NCBI GenBank assembly: GCA_044226015.1
Contig: JBGAHS010000001.1
Coordinates: 1,184,001 to 1,248,000 of the forward strand
DNA length: 64,000 nt
Origin: Candidatus Obscuribacteraceae bacterium
Lineage (GTDB): Bacteria > Cyanobacteriota > Vampirovibrionia > Obscuribacterales > Obscuribacteraceae
Reading direction: 5' to 3'
Part shown: in pieces, positions 59,244-64,000 of the stretch
How positions within the stretch are numbered: the first letter of the stretch is position 1
How the letters are laid out: the number at the start of each line of letters is the position of its first letter
The notes under the pieces: generated by a model
Told to the model about the DNA's origin: nothing
Seen by the model: the letters and a program-made list of their open reading frames with translations, nothing else
Database searches by the model: none
Translations under genes and position numbers: made by a program

Positions 59244-59337
59244 GATGAATCTGCCTTGGTTTGCTGAATATGCGATGAGTCGTCCCGATACTTCACCCGA
59301 GCACGCTTTGGCGTTAACAATCTTCTGAAGCATGCAT

Positions 59338-59589
59338 TCACATTTTGAACCAATCTCCCGATTGTCCGAATTTTCGCTTGTGCATTTCTGGTAAATCTGG
59401 AGTGATGAGAGGCATTCCATCTGTTAGATCAATTCGTAGAATCAATATTTTGTCGCCAGCAACCAAACTGCCTACAGAATGAGACCATATCAACTTACCC
59501 TTCACGCCGCTGCTTTCAATGACTGCAATGTAGCATTCATCGTCCGTAGACTCTCCTACGATACAGAGTTGACAATCGGAGTATTCCAA
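59338..59589 (-). CDS. Small hypothetical protein, possible orphan immunity
   Basis: 83 aa; GAGG upstream; starts 3 nt after the 59593 ORF. Confidence 0.4.
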   Translation of the reverse strand: MEYSDCQLCIVGESTDDECYIAVIESSGVKGKLIWSHSVGSLVAGDKILILRIDLTDGMPLITPDLPEMHKRKFGQSGDWFKM

Positions 59590-59592
59590 AGT

Positions 59593-59850
59593 TTATTCCT
59601 CAGGCAATGGCAATCGAGTACAACTGTCGGGGCAGCCAGCTAGACATCTATTTAAAGCTTGAATTGCCGCTTTAGTAAGTCTAATTTTTTCTTCTTCAGA
59701 AGCATTTGGCGGGATCTGCGCGATACGCCAATAATACCAAGCATGGCTACTCTGGCCAAAAAGATCAGCGCATAACCCTTCCACAGATCCATGTGGCAGT
59801 GCTTTGAAGTCTCTAGAAGCTGTTTGATAAGAGACTCTGCCGTTATCAAA
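59593..59850 (-). pseudogene. Possible toxin-tip remnant lacking the RHS core
   Basis: Cys-containing tip ...ALNRCLAGCPDSC... in the cassette orientation, with no core or repeat. Confidence 0.3.
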
Positions 59851-60165
59851 TCATCGTTTTGTATGCAAATAGGTATTGCTTGTTTTAGCAGTCCAAATTT
59901 TCACCGCAAGCAGGAAGTTTGGAACTCAAGACAGATTGTCCGACAAGCAAAGCTGCTTCTTCGCTCTAACCTTGCTTGTTTCGTAGTAGTCAATGAGAGA
60001 TTTCGACAACTCGAAAGAAAAGTCATTAGTGCACCTTTTTTGCTCTTTCTCACTTCCCGTAACAAGAAAGTATGAACTCGATGTTGCTACTCGGCTTACC
60101 GATTTGTTCTCAAGTTTCGCTACTGGTATGATGGACACACCGATTGCCAACAATACGGAGCCGCC

Positions 60166-60837
60166 GTGCAGCAGTTGCCACCTGAAGATTTTTTGTATAT
60201 TGAGAAATCCTGTTACGAACACAAGTTCGATTCAGGAACCAAAAATGGCATTTTTTGGATGACTTCAAATAGATTGCGCATTGATACACTGCTTGAGATT
60301 GTCCTTCCACCGAAGCAATTTTGGTTTGTAAGCATCGGAACACGGACTGGTGAATACACAATCTCGAAGGACTTATCTAGTTGGCCGAAAGATTTGATGT
60401 GTGGCAAATTCTTCGTTGTAGAGAGTGAAAACGTTCAACCAGGCGGGAGCTTTGAGTTCCCTCCTTTAGTTAAAATGAATTGCATTGCTGGCCATCCTTG
60501 CCTGGAAGATAGTGATTCATGGACATTGTTTGCAGAACTTAAAGCAACATTTTACATATGCGCTTCTTTTGTAGGAGTCGCCACGATATCTCACGCTCGT
60601 GCACATATTGATCAGGTGCTTCAAAGCGAGCAGTTTTGCTCCTTAGAATTTGAAGAACAGTCGAGACTTAGACAGGTCAAGAAAAAATTTTGGTTAGCAA
60701 CCGGACCTGAAACTGGACCAGAAACATGCATAGAGCCAGGCTGCAAGAGGCTCAGGTCTCGAATCGCCGTTCGATGCATCAGGCACCAATGGCAGTGGGG
60801 AGAGCAATTTTCATCGACCGGATTCAAGCATCTTTGA
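60166..60837 (+). CDS. Hypothetical protein convergent on cassette 4 (C-terminal C..C...C..H)
   Basis: 223 aa; stop lies 8 nt from the cassette 4 stop. Confidence 0.55.
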   Translation: MQQLPPEDFLYIEKSCYEHKFDSGTKNGIFWMTSNRLRIDTLLEIVLPPKQFWFVSIGTRTGEYTISKDLSSWPKDLMCGKFFVVESENVQPGGSFEFPPLVKMNCIAGHPCLEDSDSWTLFAELKATFYICASFVGVATISHARAHIDQVLQSEQFCSLEFEEQSRLRQVKKKFWLATGPETGPETCIEPGCKRLRSRIAVRCIRHQWQWGEQFSSTGFKHL

Positions 60838-60845
60838 ATAGTCGC

Positions 60846-61844
60846 CTACATTGCCTGTTTGAGTGGAGGAGTAGCTGGACAACCACCATCGTCGCCGTTG
60901 CCAGGACCTGGACAGCGTCGGGCGCATTCCTGCCCAGCTTGCGAAGCAAAGTTATAGGGTACACCATAATTCAACAACAGTTGAGCAGCAGCAGCACAGG
61001 CTGCCTTACAACGCTGTCCTCCATTAGGTCCGCGGAAATGAGACCAAGGCTGGCCGGGCCAGATTACGAATGGGTCTCTGTACTGGTCTGGGTGTTCCCA
61101 TTCTCTCCATTCTGGAAGTGGTGCAAGGTTTGGATCAAACAGTTCCTTAATGTTTTTGTTTAACTCCGGTCCATGATCTTGCAACCATTTCATAGCCGCG
61201 GCGGCTGAAGCAGCAGCACCAGCTGCAGCGGCCGCACCACCTACAGTAAGTGAACCTGCTTCTGTAGCAATGATCGGAATCGCCAGTACAGCAAGGATTT
61301 CGCCACTAGGGTCTGTAAATTTTGTGGGCATGTTGTTTACATAGGCATAAACATTGAGTCCTCCGTTTTCAGCAAGTGGATCTCTGTTCAAAAATCTCCC
61401 AAAGCTTGAAGAGTACTCTCTGTATACTGGCGCACTCAATCCAGCACGTGTTTGGAAAAAATATCCAGCATAAAGAAAGTCCGAGTCAGTGCCACCTGCA
61501 AGCTTGCTTCGACCTCCAAATGGATCGTAGCCATACTGAGACTCAATTGTCGTTGTTCCTGCAACATATTTTGACATTTCTCTCACTGAGCCTAAGTGGT
61601 CCGCAGAGTAGACGTAACTTGTGGCTGCACCTCCAGAGTAATTTACTTGACCGAGTCCTAAAAACACCTTGCCGTCATTCAAGCTACCCGAGGCGTTGCG
61701 CTCCTCGCATCTACTTAAGTGTGACCACAAATGTTGCTTCGTCGAAGTGACACTGCCAGCAGTGCGCTCCTCAATTTTCGTGGCGCGCGAAAGTGCATCA
61801 TACGAAAATTGGGTGATGTTTCCGGTGGGATTTGATTGGATTTC
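60846..61844 (-). CDS. RHS core/C-terminal toxin cassette 4
   Basis: DHLGSVRE, YDPFG, GRFLNRDP, PTKFTDPSG, Ala-rich linker and a Cys-rich tip. Confidence 0.85.
   Translation of the reverse strand, partial: EIQSNPTGNITQFSYDALSRATKIEERTAGSVTSTKQHLWSHLSRCEERNASGSLNDGKVFLGLGQVNYSGGAATSYVYSADHLGSVREMSKYVAGTTTIESQYGYDPFGGRSKLAGGTDSDFLYAGYFFQTRAGLSAPVYREYSSSFGRFLNRDPLAENGGLNVYAYVNNMPTKFTDPSGEILAVLAIPIIATEAGSLTVGGAAAAAGAAASAAAAMKWLQDHGPELNKNIKELFDPNLAPLPEWREWEHPDQYRDPFVIWPGQPWSHFRGPNGGQRCKAACAAAAQLLLNYGVPYNFASQAGQECARRCPGPGNGDDGGCPATPPLKQAM
61725..61826. repeat. 102-bp RHS cassette repeat, copy 4
   Basis: Reference copy CCACAAATGTTGCTTCGTCGAAG...GATGTTTCCGGT. Confidence 0.95.
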
Positions 61845-61951
61845 AGCGGGTTTGGGAAGATTCTGTTGGCGGAAGTCGTTGCAACAGTCACTTCAAGTGC
61901 TAACACGCTGATTCCGGTCAAATGGCATTGTGATAAACTGGTGTTATTATC

Positions 61952-62632
61952 TTGGTGTATCCAATGACCCCAGCCAGATTGATAGAGGCTTATAGAAATT
62001 GCTCCATCTACTCTGATAGAGGAATCTCTTTTGGTTGGGTTGGTCATAGCTTGCTCAAGACTGAATTCTCGACGCACTATGAATCACCATCTCAGTTTAC
62101 TCTAGATTGTCGACAAACCATCGATCAAACATCAACTATCCTGGGCGAATGTCACATGGAGCTTACGCCGGGTGGATTTGCTCTTCACGAATCAGAAGGT
62201 GGAAATTCCTTACCAGTGATGAGTTTAATGTCTATTGATTTAGCGATTCACCACACTTTAGTGATATCGAATGGGGTGTCTCTCTTGGTGCCTGGCTTGC
62301 TGTTTAACAGAGTGAGTGGTGACTCTCTCAACATGAGATTCTTTGAAGACTGGGCTGAGAACGATGATGGATCAATTGAGGTCCATGGAAGAAAAGGTTA
62401 TATGAGAATTTGGCTTAACGGATCGCTAATTGAAAGAGCTATTATTTTGTTAAAAAGTCGGGATAAGAAACATTCAATCGAAATCGCGAGGAACGCAGGA
62501 TTTGATGGCGATTTTACTCTACCCGCGCAAACTTTTAGCATCATCAAAGAGTTGGGAGGCCGATTAGTTGGCGATCTTAGCCAGCTGACAGCTTGTTATT
62601 TGTTAGATTACAAAGAACATAGATTTATTTAG
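61952..62632 (+). CDS. Hypothetical protein convergent on cassette 5, putative immunity; paralog of 55715-56317
   Basis: YSDRG...FSTHYE...LVPGLLF. Confidence 0.6.
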   Translation: MVYPMTPARLIEAYRNCSIYSDRGISFGWVGHSLLKTEFSTHYESPSQFTLDCRQTIDQTSTILGECHMELTPGGFALHESEGGNSLPVMSLMSIDLAIHHTLVISNGVSLLVPGLLFNRVSGDSLNMRFFEDWAENDDGSIEVHGRKGYMRIWLNGSLIERAIILLKSRDKKHSIEIARNAGFDGDFTLPAQTFSIIKELGGRLVGDLSQLTACYLLDYKEHRFI

Positions 62633-62637
62633 TCACC

Positions 62638-63648
62638 TTATTCACCAAATATGTCTTTGATATTTGGATATGGATCTTTGCCTTCTTTGCACAGTTCAAT
62701 ATCCTCAATTAGGCGTGCAAAGTTTCTGGCTCTTCTTGCAGCATCATCGAGGTAATTCATAAAGTCTTGCCCTTCTATATCGCTTTCTTCCAAATGAGTT
62801 CGCAACCTTGAATTTCTGATTACCGCAGCTGTGATAGCTTTTAAGATGCAGTTATCAACCGGATCGGCGTCTGGTGAATTTTTGCCACCACCGCCGCCAC
62901 CATCACCGCCGCCACCATCACCGCCGCCACCACCGCCGTCATCGCAATCACCTTTGTCGTCGTCCTTGTCTTTGTCCTCGTCGTCCCCACTGTTATTATG
63001 CCTGCCTGGATGAGGATTTGTTGGTGCGGGAGGTTCTTGTGGTTTGGGCCTAGGAACTGGCATGGGACGAGGAATCATTAGCGGTGGTACCCGCATGGCT
63101 ATTGTGCCCATCCCGCTGGAGTCTTTAGATGAAACTGGGTTATTGTCTACGTATCCATAAAGGTTTACCCCGCCGTTTTCGCCAATCGAATCTCGATTGA
63201 TGAACTTAGCTCCGTTCGCATTGTAAAATCGTGTGACCGTTGCGTACAAAGACGATCTTGAATTCAGGTAATATCCGGCGTATTGAAAATCCGAGTCTCC
63301 GGAGCCTTGGATTTTTGTTTTGACTCCGTACGGATCATAGCTATACTGCGCAATCACGCCACCGGTGGCGTCAATCATTTCTCTGATACTTCCGGGTGAA
63401 GCATCCAAAGTGTAGAAGTAATTACTTCCAACTCCGCTCACGAAGTTCCTTTGTCCCAGAGCCAAGAATAGCTTTCCGGTGCTTAAGGACCCTGTTGCGT
63501 CTCTCTCCTCTACTCTTTCAGACCGACACCACAAATGTTGCTTCGCAGACGTGACACTGCCAGCGGTGCGCTCCTCGATTTTCGTGGCGCGCGAAAGTGC
63601 ATCATACGAAAATTGGGTGATGTTTCCGGATTTTTGAACGGTAGCTTC
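62638..63648 (-). CDS. RHS core/C-terminal toxin cassette 5
   Basis: GSIRE, YDPYG, KFINRDS, NPVSSKDSSG, Pro/Gly linker and a helical tip. Confidence 0.85.
   Translation of the reverse strand, partial: EATVQKSGNITQFSYDALSRATKIEERTAGSVTSAKQHLWCRSERVEERDATGSLSTGKLFLALGQRNFVSGVGSNYFYTLDASPGSIREMIDATGGVIAQYSYDPYGVKTKIQGSGDSDFQYAGYYLNSRSSLYATVTRFYNANGAKFINRDSIGENGGVNLYGYVDNNPVSSKDSSGMGTIAMRVPPLMIPRPMPVPRPKPQEPPAPTNPHPGRHNNSGDDEDKDKDDDKGDCDDGGGGGGDGGGGDGGGGGGKNSPDADPVDNCILKAITAAVIRNSRLRTHLEESDIEGQDFMNYLDDAARRARNFARLIEDIELCKEGKDPYPNIKDIFGE
63529..63630. repeat. 102-bp RHS cassette repeat, copy 5
   Basis: 6 mismatches to copy 4. Confidence 0.95.
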
Positions 63649-64000
63649 GTCTTTGGAAAATATGAGTCGTGCGCCTTGAAAATTTGGATTGCCACCATTT
63701 AAGGTGCCCATGGTCAAGACAGAATCTATTCACCACACTCAGCGTTTTTGCCTGTCCAGAGAGTACAGCCCCACTCTCACTGCGGCAGTTGCTATTCTTT
63801 TGGTTATCTTTTTTTTTTTGACGAACAAAACCGGTTCAAAATTTATTCTTTTGTTTTCGCTCCCTAGCAATCGCGGTCTGCTTAGCGACCTGAGATGGGA
63901 CTCTGTATTTTTTTACCTGAATCGATTTCGAATATCATCCCAATCGCAATCTGACTTCCATCCACCTAAAGCTAGTTCCGGATGAGCTATAAATAAGTCG

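Noticed and set aside
59244..59420. N-terminal extension giving cassette 3 a real start codon (likewise 63649-63717 for cassette 5)
   Set aside because: Not homologous between cassettes and overlaps another ORF or scar; probably fortuitous open frames
55372..63630. CRISPR repeats, IS ends or an integron array
   Set aside because: Repeats are 102 bp, 1.8-2.6 kb apart and in frame with RHS coding sequence; no transposase, integron integrase or attC core motifs seen
63689..63985. 98-aa plus-strand ORF at the right edge
   Set aside because: No motif or RBS, spans a poly-T run, and context is cut off by the window end

Overview
The window has three parts. (1) 1-12910 is the right end of a podovirus-like prophage on the minus strand: tail tubular proteins, capsid, scaffold, portal, terminase, a PC4-like SSB, an ~800-bp non-coding origin/packaging-like region, a serine resolvase and a tyrosine integrase, ending at a tRNA-Pro 3' fragment (att). 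(2) ~13000-53600 is host chromosome: pseudouridine synthase, a degenerate SF1-helicase/PLD fusion, NADAR, rhomboid, glycosyltransferase, Ser/Thr kinase, PAS histidine kinase, acyltransferase, mtnA, cstA, a CzcBA/CusBA-type pair, a sirtuin and a TolC-RND-RND-MFP operon. It also holds two tandem secreted CC-x5-CC-x4-CC micro-peptides behind CsoR/RcnR-type C/G-tract operators. (3) 53696-63650 is an array of five start-less RHS C-terminal cassettes. Each begins at a 102-bp near-identical, palindrome-rich repeat, and several have putative partner (immunity) genes on the opposite strand. The gene repertoire suggests a Melainabacteria/Obscuribacterales-like host, which is inference only. All family calls come from motif recognition by eye; no database searches were run.
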